Shown: positions 9,713 to 19,750 of the stretch, piece by piece
Layout: each line of letters starts with the position of its first letter
How positions within the stretch are numbered: position 1 is the first letter of the stretch
Assembly (NCBI GenBank): GCA_964549375.1
Contig: CAZJWF010000002.1
Coordinates: 23,592-87,591, forward strand
Source: an uncultured Neomegalonema sp.
Lineage (GTDB): Bacteria > Pseudomonadota > Alphaproteobacteria > Rhodobacterales > Rhodobacteraceae
Direction: 5' to 3'
Length of the DNA: 64,000 nt
The notes under the pieces: model-generated
The model's input: only the letters and a program-made list of their open reading frames with translations
What the model was told of the DNA's origin: nothing
Database searches by the model: none
Position numbers and translations under genes: made by a program

Positions 9713-12091
9713 ATGAAAGCCACGACACGGGCGGTCGTTATCGGCGGCGGAATTGCAGGTTGCTCGGCAATCTATCACCTGACGCAAGAAGGATGGACCG
9801 ACGTTGTCCTGATCGAACGCGATGAGCTGACAAGCGGAACAACTTGGCATTCTGCAGCCCAAGTCACCAACTTTGGTGGGATTCAGGTCATGGTTGGGCT
9901 GAAAAGCCATTCGATCCGCCTTTATCGTGAACTCGCCGATGATCCTGAGTATCCAATCAACTACAATCATGGCGATGGTGGGCTTCGACTTGCGTCTAAA
10001 GAGTGGCATCTCGAAGGCTATCGTCATTTTCAGTCAATGGCGAAGGGAATGGGTGTCGATTATGAGGTATTGGACGCAGCGGAATGTGGCCGCCGTCATC
10101 CGCTTATTTCAACGGAGGGCCTCGCTGGGGCGCTGTGGGACCCGCATGACGGGGATATTGATCCCGCACAGCTATGCCAAGCGCTCGCCAGACGTGCCCG
10201 AAAAGCCGGAGCAGAGGTCTATCGAAGTACGCCCGTAACGGGACTGTCACAACGCGAAGATGATAGTTGGACAGTGCACACCGCAAATGGCGATATCGAC
10301 TGTGAAGTCGTGATCAATGCGGGCGGCTATCGCTGCAATGAAATCGGTAAAATGATGGGTGTTACGCTGCCTGTCGTTTCGATGGAGCACCAGTATTTCG
10401 TCACTGAAGAAATCCCTCAGTTGGCTGAGCTTGATCATCGCGTGCCGCTGCTGCGTTGTCCGACGGACGATTTTTACTCACGGCAGGACAAAAAAGGGCT
10501 TTTGCTCGGCTTTTACGAACAAGGCTGCAAGACATGGGGCACCGATGGCATTGATCCCGATTTTACCAATGCGCTCTGCCCCGATGACCTCGACCGGATC
10601 ATGCCGGTGCTAGAAAACGTTTTCGAACGGGTGCCTGCCGCCGCCGAAGTCGGGATTCATACCGTTGTCAACGGCCCGATTACCTACACGCCGGATGGCG
10701 TGCCGCTGGTCGGTAAGATTCCCGGCAAACGAAATGCCTATTGCATTACCGGCCTGCGGGCTGGTGTCGGTGAGGGCGGCGGTCACGGATGGCTGCTCGC
10801 GCAAATGGTCGTTCACGGAGAAGCAGAGTACGACACATGGGCGCTCGACCCTCGGCGGTTCGGCGCATGGGCGGGTCAAGACTATGCAGCGGCGAAAGCC
10901 GTGGAGGACTATCAGAACGAGTTCCGCTTTCACAAACCTCACGAGCAACGTCCCGCAGGTCGAAACCTGCGCCTAAGCCCGTTGCATGAGACACTCAAAT
11001 CCGAAGGAGCACGGTTTGGTGTCGTCAATGGTTGGGAACGCGCTTTGGTCTTTGCGCCGGATGGGTTTGAGGAGGAACCCGGATTCGGTTTTACCAACGC
11101 GCATGACATCATTGGTACGGAAGTTGATACCATTCAAAACGCAGTTGGCGTCGCCGAAGTGAACGGCTTTAACCGTTATGAGATCTCTGGCGAGGGCGCT
11201 CTCGATTGGCTCGATAAAATCGTTTGCTCGCGCGTTCCGCGCAAGGCCGGAAAAATTTCTCTCGTCTACGCCTTGAATCATCAAGGCGGCATCAAAACCG
11301 AAGCGACTTTGGCGCATTTGCCGGATGGCCGGATTTGGTGGGGATCAGCCGCCGCAGCCGAGTTGCATGACCGCGACTGGCTCGATGAACTGGGGCCGCC
11401 CGCGGGTGTAAAAATCGCACCCATGACAGACAGCCATACGATCCTCGTGGTAGCTGGACCCAAGTCAACCGAGGCATTGTCTGCTGCTCTCCCGGATGCC
11501 GACTGGACATATCGCTGGCTTACCGCGCAGCAACAACCGAATGGCATTGTCGCGATGGCGGTCAGTTTCTCTGGCGAAATTGCATGGGAACTGCACATCC
11601 CGAACGAAGTCCTGATCGAAACCTATCAGGCGATCCGCAAGGCAGGGGCGAAACCCTTTGGGCTTTACGCCACAGAGTCGATGCGGCTGGAGAAAGGGTA
11701 TCGACACTGGAAAGCTGATCTCATCACGGAATTCAATCCAATCGAAAGCGATCTGAGCCGCTTTGTTGCTGACAAAGAATATGTCGGCAAAGCAGCGGTC
11801 GAGGCGCAAGCGATCCGCAGAAAGTTTGTTTCGCTTATCCTCGATACGGATGCCTATCCCGCCCATGCGGGCGACTCCATCATGGCGAATGGCGCAGTCG
11901 TCGGCACCGTGACTTCCGCCGGATGGGGCCACCGGACGAAAAAGAACATCGCGATGGGTTTTGTTGATCCCGCTCATGACACGGTGGGCAGCGCATTGAG
12001 CATATGGACCAGCCACGGGGAACTGTCGGCATCGGTGTGCGAGCCTTGTCTCTACGATCCCGAATACAAGCTGGTGCGTCAATCCTCATGA
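9713..12091 (+). CDS. FAD-dependent oxidoreductase fused to GcvT-type folate-binding domain (dimethylglycine/sarcosine dehydrogenase family)
   Basis: ATG at 9713 gives MKATTRAVVIGGGIAGCSAIYHL (dinucleotide fold). The C-terminal half has aminomethyltransferase-like ESMRLEKGY and GWG motifs. Confidence 0.9.
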   Translation: MKATTRAVVIGGGIAGCSAIYHLTQEGWTDVVLIERDELTSGTTWHSAAQVTNFGGIQVMVGLKSHSIRLYRELADDPEYPINYNHGDGGLRLASKEWHLEGYRHFQSMAKGMGVDYEVLDAAECGRRHPLISTEGLAGALWDPHDGDIDPAQLCQALARRARKAGAEVYRSTPVTGLSQREDDSWTVHTANGDIDCEVVINAGGYRCNEIGKMMGVTLPVVSMEHQYFVTEEIPQLAELDHRVPLLRCPTDDFYSRQDKKGLLLGFYEQGCKTWGTDGIDPDFTNALCPDDLDRIMPVLENVFERVPAAAEVGIHTVVNGPITYTPDGVPLVGKIPGKRNAYCITGLRAGVGEGGGHGWLLAQMVVHGEAEYDTWALDPRRFGAWAGQDYAAAKAVEDYQNEFRFHKPHEQRPAGRNLRLSPLHETLKSEGARFGVVNGWERALVFAPDGFEEEPGFGFTNAHDIIGTEVDTIQNAVGVAEVNGFNRYEISGEGALDWLDKIVCSRVPRKAGKISLVYALNHQGGIKTEATLAHLPDGRIWWGSAAAAELHDRDWLDELGPPAGVKIAPMTDSHTILVVAGPKSTEALSAALPDADWTYRWLTAQQQPNGIVAMAVSFSGEIAWELHIPNEVLIETYQAIRKAGAKPFGLYATESMRLEKGYRHWKADLITEFNPIESDLSRFVADKEYVGKAAVEAQAIRRKFVSLILDTDAYPAHAGDSIMANGAVVGTVTSAGWGHRTKKNIAMGFVDPAHDTVGSALSIWTSHGELSASVCEPCLYDPEYKLVRQSS

Positions 12092-13008
12092 TCCGAAGAA
12101 CCTTCTTCGCGGGTCTGTTTATCCTGTTCGGAGCGACTGCCTGCGCGTGGACACCAGATATTCCGCGCGCAGAGCTTGCGGAGAAATACCTCGCCGCCCC
12201 CTCTGATTTAAAAGAGGTTGATGGCACGGTTCTTCATGTCCGTGATACTGGTCCACGTAATGCGCGGGTATTGGTGCTAATCCACGGGTTTGGGTCAAGT
12301 TTACACACATGGGATGCGTGGGCGAAAGAACTTGAACGGTCTTACCGTGTCATCCGTTTCGATATGCCCGGTGCTGGCTTATCGCCACCAGACCCGAAAC
12401 GAGATTACACAGACCCGCGTGTGACCGGATTGATTGCCTCCCTCATGGATCAGGTAAACATCCCCCATGCAACGTTGATCGGAAACTCCATCGGTGGACG
12501 GATTGCGTGGACAATGGCGGCATCTCACCCCGAACGGGTTGACGCTCTGGTACTGATCGCCCCGGATGGATTTGCTAGCCCATTCCTGCAGTACGGCGAG
12601 ACAATCAAAGCTCCGGTTATTCTCAAAGCGTCAAAATATTTCCTGCCGCAATGGGCGTTAAAACCAAACCTCGCAGCCGCCTATGCGGACAAGGAAAAAC
12701 TGAGCGATGAAACGCTTAATCGGTATCACGAACTGCTGCTGGCATCCGGCAATCGTGCGGCTTTGATTGATCGATTGGAGCAAACTGTCATTACTGATCC
12801 GATACCTCGGTTGAGAAGTATCACGGCACCGGTGTTGCTATTATGGGGTGAAAAAGACGGCATTATTCCGATTTCAAACGCGCAAGATTATCTCGACGCC
12901 CTCCCCAACGCACGTCTCGCGACCTTGCCCGGACTGGGTCACGTTCCAATGGAGGAAAACCCTGAGCAATCGCTCGCGCCGGTTCAAGAATTTTTAAACA
13001 AGAAATAG
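12088..13008 (+). CDS. Alpha/beta hydrolase (lipoprotein signal)
   Basis: ATGA overlap with the upstream stop. MIRRTFFAGLFILFGATAC lipobox. HGFGSS and GNSIGG nucleophile elbow, with C-terminal GH. Confidence 0.85.
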   Translation: MIRRTFFAGLFILFGATACAWTPDIPRAELAEKYLAAPSDLKEVDGTVLHVRDTGPRNARVLVLIHGFGSSLHTWDAWAKELERSYRVIRFDMPGAGLSPPDPKRDYTDPRVTGLIASLMDQVNIPHATLIGNSIGGRIAWTMAASHPERVDALVLIAPDGFASPFLQYGETIKAPVILKASKYFLPQWALKPNLAAAYADKEKLSDETLNRYHELLLASGNRAALIDRLEQTVITDPIPRLRSITAPVLLLWGEKDGIIPISNAQDYLDALPNARLATLPGLGHVPMEENPEQSLAPVQEFLNKK

Positions 13009-13055
13009 CCGCCGCAAATCTTGACGCCGGATGCCAGTCATGGTGCATCACCCGA

Positions 13056-13967
13056 ATGTTAGCGATTGCCCTTCTCCTTGACGCAGTTTTCGGCGAGCCG
13101 GAATGGCTGTGGCGGCGTGTCCCCCATCCAGCCGTCCTTATGGGGCGCGCAGTGAACTGGCTTGAAACCAGAATGAACCACGGTGAGGGTCGCTATGTGA
13201 AAGGCATCGGCGCAACCTTGCTGTTGATCATTCTAGCGTTGCTCGTGTCTGTCCCGCTGTCATGGTCAGGGTTTTATGGCGTTTTCGAAGTCTTAGGTCC
13301 CGCAATCCTCTTGGCACAGCGTAGCCTGTCACAGCACGTCAACGCCGTCGCGTCTGGCCTGAACATCTCTCTGGAAGAAGCCCGGAAGCGGGTTGCCATG
13401 ATCGTTGGCCGTGATCCAGAAACGCTCGACGAAAGCGGCGTCGCGAGAGCCGCAATTGAAAGTGCCGCCGAGAATTGGTCGGATGGCGTCATCGCCCCCG
13501 CGTTTTGGTTTCTAGTCGCCGGTCTGCCGGGTATCACCGTTTATAAGATGGTGAACACAGCGGATTCGATGATCGGCCACCGCTCTCCCCGGTATGCTCA
13601 ATTCGGATGGGCGGCGGCGAGACTAGATGATGCCCTCAATTGGATACCTGCCCGACTGAGCGGCCTTATCATCTGCATGATCGGTGGGCGGCGTCCTGCG
13701 CTTAAGGTTGTGTGGCGCGACGCGCGAAAGCACAAATCACCCAATGCTGGTTGGCCTGAAAGCGCACTTGCCGCGACGCTACGTATCGCCGTCGCTGGTC
13801 CACGGACCTATGATGGGGTGACAACGAACGATCCGTTTTTGAACGCTGAGGGGCGGAAGAAACTGGATGCCGTCGATGTCAGTGACGCAATGACGACGCT
13901 GTGGATGGCTTGGATCGTCGTCCTTGTACTGGCCAGCATTTACGGCGTGCTGAATTACGCCTTCTGA
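13056..13967 (+). CDS. cobD: Adenosylcobinamide-phosphate synthase CobD/CbiB
   Basis: 303 aa membrane protein. EPEWLWRRVPHP, VNTADSMIGH and NAGWPE motifs. Confidence 0.9.
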   Translation: MLAIALLLDAVFGEPEWLWRRVPHPAVLMGRAVNWLETRMNHGEGRYVKGIGATLLLIILALLVSVPLSWSGFYGVFEVLGPAILLAQRSLSQHVNAVASGLNISLEEARKRVAMIVGRDPETLDESGVARAAIESAAENWSDGVIAPAFWFLVAGLPGITVYKMVNTADSMIGHRSPRYAQFGWAAARLDDALNWIPARLSGLIICMIGGRRPALKVVWRDARKHKSPNAGWPESALAATLRIAVAGPRTYDGVTTNDPFLNAEGRKKLDAVDVSDAMTTLWMAWIVVLVLASIYGVLNYAF

Positions 13968-14839
13968 GCCTTTTCAAACTGCTGTTGTCGCTGTGCAAAT
14001 CGTTCACGATCACTTTCTGAATATTCATCAACGCACAATGGGCAGCTAACCCCCTCGCGATAGTCTGGAGACATCTGCGCCTCTCGCGAAACGGGACGGC
14101 CACAGGCGCCGCAGGCGGAATGGTCGCCCTGCTCCAACCCATGTTTAACGGAAACCCGTTTGTCGAAGACATAGCATTCGCCATTCCAACGGCTTTCCGG
14201 CTCAGAAACCGTTTCAAGGTATTTTAGAATTCCACCCTTCAAATGATGAACATCAGTGACGCCCTGATCGATCAACCAGCTCGTCGCTTTTTCGCAACGA
14301 ATTCCGCCTGTGCAGAACATCGCAATTTTTTTACCCTCAAATTTTGAAGCATTGTCGCGCCACCAATCGGGAAATTCACGGAAGGTCTCAGTCTGCGGGT
14401 CGAGTGCTCCCTCAAAACTACCAATCATCGTTTCGTAGGTGTTGCGCGTGTCGATGACCGCCACGTCATCGCGACCAATCAAATCGTTCCAGTCCTGAGG
14501 CTCGACATACGTCCCTATGCGGGCGCGGGGGTTGGTGTTCGGTTCGCCCATCGTAACGATCTCGGCTTTCAAGCGAACCTTCATCCGGCGAAACGGCATT
14601 TCCGTCGCTTCTGAACGCTTCCATTCGAGGTCCGCGCAGCCGGGTAGAGACCGCAAGTGCCGCAGGACAGTCTGAATTGATGCCTCGTCGCCAGCAATCG
14701 TGCCGTTCACCCCTTCGTTTGCCAGTAACAACGTGCCCCGAATTCCGCCGTCTTCGCATAATTCAAGCAAAGGCGGACGTAACGATGCGGGATCGTCGAA
14801 TTGCGTAAAATGATAAAGGGCTGCAACAGTGATCGTCAT
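13955..14839 (-). CDS. trhO: Rhodanese-domain protein, tRNA uridine(34) hydroxylase TrhO/YceA (UPF0176) family
   Basis: 294 aa. ALYHF..., DTRN.YE..G.F, CTGGIRCEKA active-site loop and a C-terminal Cys cluster. Confidence 0.85.
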   Translation of the reverse strand: MTITVAALYHFTQFDDPASLRPPLLELCEDGGIRGTLLLANEGVNGTIAGDEASIQTVLRHLRSLPGCADLEWKRSEATEMPFRRMKVRLKAEIVTMGEPNTNPRARIGTYVEPQDWNDLIGRDDVAVIDTRNTYETMIGSFEGALDPQTETFREFPDWWRDNASKFEGKKIAMFCTGGIRCEKATSWLIDQGVTDVHHLKGGILKYLETVSEPESRWNGECYVFDKRVSVKHGLEQGDHSACGACGRPVSREAQMSPDYREGVSCPLCVDEYSESDRERFAQRQQQFEKAQKA

Positions 14840-14870
14840 GCAGGTTCCTTACTCGCCCGAGCGGTCCGGC

Positions 14871-15725
14871 TCAAGCCGCATAGGCTTCGCGGACATAACG
14901 CCCGAATTCACGACCTAGATCTTCGTTGGCCGTATTGTCAGCGATATAGAGATTGATGAAAAATTTGGGAAGTTCAGGCAATTTCCCGTTGTGCGGGACC
15001 GCCTCTAGCCTGTCGTCATAAGACCCCTCAAGAACCGCCATAATCGACAAATCCGCCGCCGTAGCCATCGTGGCCCCTAAATCGGTGTCAGTTTCAACAC
15101 CCGAACACCACTGCATATCTGCGTTCTCCAACGCCCGTTGCGCGACGGGTTTGAATGCACAGTTCTTCGCGCTGGCAAGGCAAACGGGATCACGGGTCCA
15201 CGCTTTGCCGCCCGGTGCGCCGAACCACATCAAAGGTTGGACTGCGAGGCATTCCGCTGCCGGATTGGCTTTCGCCTCGGTCGTTAGGATCACATCCAGC
15301 TTTCCAGCTTGGAAATCTTCCAGCAGCTTCGCCGAGTAGGAACTGGCGAAATTCACCTGCACACGTGGAAAGTCGCGGTCGAAACGGCTGAGGATTTCAG
15401 GCCCATGTGGATAAATAATATCGCACGGAATGCCGAACGAAACCGAGCCTTCGAAGCGCGGCGCGATCATACGATCTACGGCGTCGTCGTTCAGTGCGAT
15501 CATTTTTCGGGCGTATTCAAGCAATTGTTCGCCCTCGTTCGTCACAGTGACGCCCCGCCCCGTCCGGTCCAGCAAAGTCGTATCGAGGTTTTGCTCCAGC
15601 CTCTTGATCTGCATCGAAACCGCCGATTGGGTCAGGTTGAGCCGTGATGCAGCGCGCGTCACCCCTCCGGCATCAACCACGGCAGCAAAGCTGCGAAGCG
15701 TGCCGACATCCAGATTTCTCAACAT
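14871..15725 (-). CDS. LysR family transcriptional regulator
   Basis: HTH LRSFAAVVDAGGVTRAASRLNLTQSAVSMQIKRLE. ATG at 15725 is preferred over the longer ORF to 15749. Confidence 0.9.
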   Translation of the reverse strand: MLRNLDVGTLRSFAAVVDAGGVTRAASRLNLTQSAVSMQIKRLEQNLDTTLLDRTGRGVTVTNEGEQLLEYARKMIALNDDAVDRMIAPRFEGSVSFGIPCDIIYPHGPEILSRFDRDFPRVQVNFASSYSAKLLEDFQAGKLDVILTTEAKANPAAECLAVQPLMWFGAPGGKAWTRDPVCLASAKNCAFKPVAQRALENADMQWCSGVETDTDLGATMATAADLSIMAVLEGSYDDRLEAVPHNGKLPELPKFFINLYIADNTANEDLGREFGRYVREAYAA

Positions 15726-15912
15726 GTCTCTCCCCATCAATGAACGCAATGAATGGCATCACAAACATTCGATTTACTGATGGGATCATGTCTGCGAGTT
15801 ATCATTCCGTCAAGTGATGGAGAAAGATCAATTCATCATCATTTGTGAATACCGCCATCAACGCGAGTGTTGATCCAGGGTTTGTCCCCATCACCGGCAT
15901 TCAGATGCCCAG

Positions 15913-16143
15913 ATGAAAGAGAGAATGGTTATGGCCAACGTCGTCACTTCCCAATCCCGTCACTGGTTCGCAGGCGCAATCGCGGCACCGTTGTACGCGA
16001 TTGTAGATTGGTACAAAATTTCTCAGGAACGCGCTGAGTTGCAGAAATTACCGGCGGATCGCTTGTCCGACATGGGTTTGACGCAGCGTGAAGTTGAATA
16101 CGAGTTAGCGCGTCCTTTCTGGCAGGTAAGCCGAAACGATTAA
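15913..16143 (+). CDS. DUF1127 domain-containing small protein
   Basis: C-terminal ELQKLPADRLSDMGLTQREVEYE motif typical of DUF1127. Divergent from the LysR gene. Confidence 0.75.
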   Translation: MKERMVMANVVTSQSRHWFAGAIAAPLYAIVDWYKISQERAELQKLPADRLSDMGLTQREVEYELARPFWQVSRND

Positions 16144-16200
16144 TGCTACCAATCATCCGCTTGCAATCTAGATAACCCTCAACAGCGTTGAGGATATCAA

Positions 16201-17607
16201 TTGACGGCGACATTGTATTGGGTACGTAAAGATTTTCGTCTCGCCGACAATGCCGCGCTGTTGTCCGCGCTGGACCGCGGCGCGCTCGTCATTCCTGTCT
16301 GTATTCTGGATGAAGTCGTCGAAACCTATGGGGCCGCGCCGAAATGGCGTTGGGGTGAAGGCGCTAAAAACTTTGCGGAAGCGCTAAAAGCCAAGGGATC
16401 TCGGTTGATCTTCCGCCGCGGACACGCGCTTCATGCCCTGCGGCAGCTTATCTCAGAAACCGGTGCTACTCAGGTCGTGTGGGGCCGCCAATATGACAAG
16501 GCGGCCAAGGCGCGCGATACCGAGGTCAAAGCCGCGCTGAAAGCGGATGGTGTCGACGCGCGAAGCGTTCGAAATCACCTATTGGTCGAACCGTGGGAGA
16601 TCGAGACCAAAACAGGCGGGCCATACCGCGTCTACACTCCCTTCAAAAATGCCTGCCTCAATAGAGATCAGTTCCCAACACCAAGCCCTGCACCGACCGT
16701 TCTCAACCCGCCAACAGACTGGCCTGAGTCCGAAGTGATTGATGATTGGCATCTCGGTCATTCCATGAATCGAGGCGCAAACGTCGTTTCTCACTATGCA
16801 GCGATTGGAGAAGATGCCGCGCGTGACAGGCTCGACATTTTTCTCGAAACGATCGCTGACTACGCCATCGCGCGCGATACGCCGTCTATCGTCGGCACGT
16901 CTCGACTGTCAGAAAATTTGGCATGGGGAGAGATTTCTCCAGCGACGATTTGGGCTGCAATTCAAGGGGCTGCCGGAGCAAATACGGACGGCGCGAAGGT
17001 GTATCTTTCGGAGATCCTGTGGCGCGAGTTCGCGTATCATCTGACCCATCATTATCCAAACATTGGCGATGCGAATTGGCGAGATGAATGGGACAAGTTC
17101 CCGTGGCGCGATGACAATGCGGATGCGGAAATCTGGCGGCGTGGCATGACGGGCTTGCCGTTTGTTGACGCCGCAATGCGCGAACTTTACACGACCGGTA
17201 CCATGCACAATCGCCTCAGGATGCTGACCGCCAGCGCGCTGACCAAACATCTGATGACCGATTGGCGCGTTGGCGAAAAGTGGTTTGCGGATTGCTTGCT
17301 AGACTGGGATCCGGCCTCGAACGCGATGGGTTGGCAATGGGCTGCCGGTTCCGGCCCTGATGCGTCGCCTTTCTTCCGGATATTCAATCCAGAGACACAG
17401 CGACATAAGTTTGACCGCCAAGGCCGCTATGTCGAAAACTGGCTCGCGGAAAAAGCCCTCAAGACGTCCGAAGACGCCGCGCGGTTTTTTGAGGCGATCC
17501 CGCGCAGTTGGGAGATGCGCTCGAACCAATCCTATCCCGCCCCCATCGTTGATCTGAAAGCTGGCCGCGAACGCGCGCTTGCGGCCTATAAGGAACTACG
17601 CGCATGA
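16201..17607 (+). CDS. phrB: Deoxyribodipyrimidine photolyase (class I CPD photolyase/cryptochrome family)
   Basis: TTG start gives (M)TATLYWVRKDFRLADNAAL. SRLS..L.WGEIS, WREF, TG.P.VDA.MREL, MHNR.RM and WQW.AG motifs. Confidence 0.9.
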   Translation: MTATLYWVRKDFRLADNAALLSALDRGALVIPVCILDEVVETYGAAPKWRWGEGAKNFAEALKAKGSRLIFRRGHALHALRQLISETGATQVVWGRQYDKAAKARDTEVKAALKADGVDARSVRNHLLVEPWEIETKTGGPYRVYTPFKNACLNRDQFPTPSPAPTVLNPPTDWPESEVIDDWHLGHSMNRGANVVSHYAAIGEDAARDRLDIFLETIADYAIARDTPSIVGTSRLSENLAWGEISPATIWAAIQGAAGANTDGAKVYLSEILWREFAYHLTHHYPNIGDANWRDEWDKFPWRDDNADAEIWRRGMTGLPFVDAAMRELYTTGTMHNRLRMLTASALTKHLMTDWRVGEKWFADCLLDWDPASNAMGWQWAAGSGPDASPFFRIFNPETQRHKFDRQGRYVENWLAEKALKTSEDAARFFEAIPRSWEMRSNQSYPAPIVDLKAGRERALAAYKELRA

Positions 17608-18920
17608 AGATTGCTGTCATTGGTGCTGGGATTTCTGGCCTTGGGGCCGCGATGGCGTTGAAGGGCGATCACGACGTCACCGTTTTTGAGAAACAATCCC
17701 GGTTGGGGGGGCACGCCAACACAGCCCTGGTTGACTATCCGCTCGGCGACGGGCGCACCAAAGAGATCGCCGTCGATACGGGCTTTATCGTTTATAACCG
17801 AAAGACCTATCCGAACCTGTGTGGGTTTTTTGACCATCTTGGCGTCGAAACAGAATGGTCGGATATGTCGCTTGGCTTTTCCATCGATGGTGGACGCATT
17901 GAATGGGCGGGAGACAATCTCAACAAAATTTTCGCGCAGCGCCGAAATCTGATCCGGCCTAGTTTCATCAAAATGGCGCGTGAAGTTCTCAAGTTCAACG
18001 ACGAGGCATTGGGCGATTTTCACACCGGGATGAACGGGGATTTGTCGATCGGTGATTGGCTCGATACGCGGGGATATTCTGACGAATTCAAGCGCTGGTA
18101 TCTTTACCCAATGGCCGGTGCGATTTGGTCAACGCGCAGTACGGCTATCGCTGATTTTTCAGCGCGAGCACTGTTCGGATTTTATGAGAACCACGAGCTG
18201 TTCGCGGGACTTGGCGGCGCGGTGCAATGGCGGACGGTCACGAATGGATCGCGACAATATGTCGAAAAAGTCGCCAACGAGTTGGGCGAGCGTATCAAGT
18301 TGAATGCCGAAACGGTCAGCGTTGAGGGGACGGGCGTTGTCCATTTTTCAGATGGATCGTCCGAGAAGTTTGATGAGGTCATTCTAGCGATACATTCGAA
18401 CGAAGCTCTCGCGCTTCGGAGTGATGCCGATGGCGAGACGAAAGATCTACTCTCGGCGATCCGGTACGCGCCCAACAAAGCCTACCTGCACCGCGACGAA
18501 AATCTGATGCCACGCAATAAACGTGCTTGGTCAAGCTGGAATGCCCTGACCGGCGGTACGGCTGAGAGCAAAGGGGCCAGCCTGAGCTACTGGATGAACC
18601 GCCTCCAAAATATCGACATGGCAACACCGCTGTTCGTGACTCTGAATCCCGAACAAGCCCCTGACCCTGACTTGACGTTCCTGTCCGTTGAGTACGCGCA
18701 CCCACAATACGACGCCGCCGCTTTTGCAGCGCAAGACCGCTTTGACGCGATTCAAGGACGAAATGGAATCTGGTATGCTGGCGCATGGCTTGGATATGGA
18801 TTCCATGAAGACGGCTTGCGCGCAGGTGTTCGGGTGACGGAAGCGCTTGGCTCTCGTCCCGCTTGGGTCGCAGATACTGGGATTCCCATTCGCTCCGAAA
18901 CACTACGAGCCGCTGAGTGA
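17604..18920 (+). CDS. NAD/FAD-binding amine-oxidase-like oxidoreductase
   Basis: MKIAVIGAGISGLGAA...VFEK...GGH dinucleotide motif. ATGA overlap with the photolyase stop. Confidence 0.85.
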   Translation: MKIAVIGAGISGLGAAMALKGDHDVTVFEKQSRLGGHANTALVDYPLGDGRTKEIAVDTGFIVYNRKTYPNLCGFFDHLGVETEWSDMSLGFSIDGGRIEWAGDNLNKIFAQRRNLIRPSFIKMAREVLKFNDEALGDFHTGMNGDLSIGDWLDTRGYSDEFKRWYLYPMAGAIWSTRSTAIADFSARALFGFYENHELFAGLGGAVQWRTVTNGSRQYVEKVANELGERIKLNAETVSVEGTGVVHFSDGSSEKFDEVILAIHSNEALALRSDADGETKDLLSAIRYAPNKAYLHRDENLMPRNKRAWSSWNALTGGTAESKGASLSYWMNRLQNIDMATPLFVTLNPEQAPDPDLTFLSVEYAHPQYDAAAFAAQDRFDAIQGRNGIWYAGAWLGYGFHEDGLRAGVRVTEALGSRPAWVADTGIPIRSETLRAAE

Positions 18921-19750
18921 TGCTGCACACGCCATCGATATATGTGACGCGCGTCATGCATCTGCGGATGCTAACCGAACGCCAGCGGAAACATCAGTTT
19001 CGTTATTCGGTATTCCGGTTCTGGCTGAATGTTGATTGTATCGAGGAGACTCTCGGCAAGCTTCGCTCCGTGGGTCATAATCGGTTCAACCTGTTCGGTT
19101 TCTACGAACGCGATCACGGCCCAAGAGATGGGACGTCGCTGCGGCTCTGGGTAGAGCACTTGTTAGCACGCGGGGATGTCTCGCCGCCGTCGCGCATCAT
19201 GCTGTATTGTTTTCCACGCGTCTTGGGATATGAGTTTAATCCGCTCGCGATGTATTGCGCCTATGACGCGGAAGGCACTTTGACAGCTGTCGTCTATCAG
19301 GTGCGAAACACGGATGGCGACTTGACGCCATATGTCGCGAATATCGAACGAGACGGGTTGCGTCATGACACGGACAAAACGTTTTATGTCTCGCCCTTCA
19401 TCGACGCCGAACAACGATATGGTTTTGCCCTGCGTCCACCGGAAGATACCCTCTCTTTGCGGATCAGGTTGGATGGCCCATCGGGCCTGACCATGATCGC
19501 AACAGAAGTCGGCGAGGTCAGACCTTTGACCGATCGCACTTTGTTGAAACTCTCGTTTCTCAGACCGTTGATGAGTTTCAAAATCACCGCTGGAATTTAT
19601 TTCGAAGCCGTGAAGCTGAGGATAAAGGGCGCTCCCTTTTTCAAACATCCCGGAAACGGCGGGTTGTATGCTTCGCCCCCGCGGCGCGACGGCTCCGAAA
19701 CTCAACGAACAATGGTCACTCATCCACAGGAAGTTCGAGAACAGCTATGA
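18917..19750 (+). CDS. DUF1365 domain-containing protein
   Basis: V.H.R....H.F.Y.VF...+D pattern. 4-nt overlaps on both sides. Typical partner of CFA-synthase-like genes. Confidence 0.8.
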   Translation: MMLHTPSIYVTRVMHLRMLTERQRKHQFRYSVFRFWLNVDCIEETLGKLRSVGHNRFNLFGFYERDHGPRDGTSLRLWVEHLLARGDVSPPSRIMLYCFPRVLGYEFNPLAMYCAYDAEGTLTAVVYQVRNTDGDLTPYVANIERDGLRHDTDKTFYVSPFIDAEQRYGFALRPPEDTLSLRIRLDGPSGLTMIATEVGEVRPLTDRTLLKLSFLRPLMSFKITAGIYFEAVKLRIKGAPFFKHPGNGGLYASPPRRDGSETQRTMVTHPQEVREQL

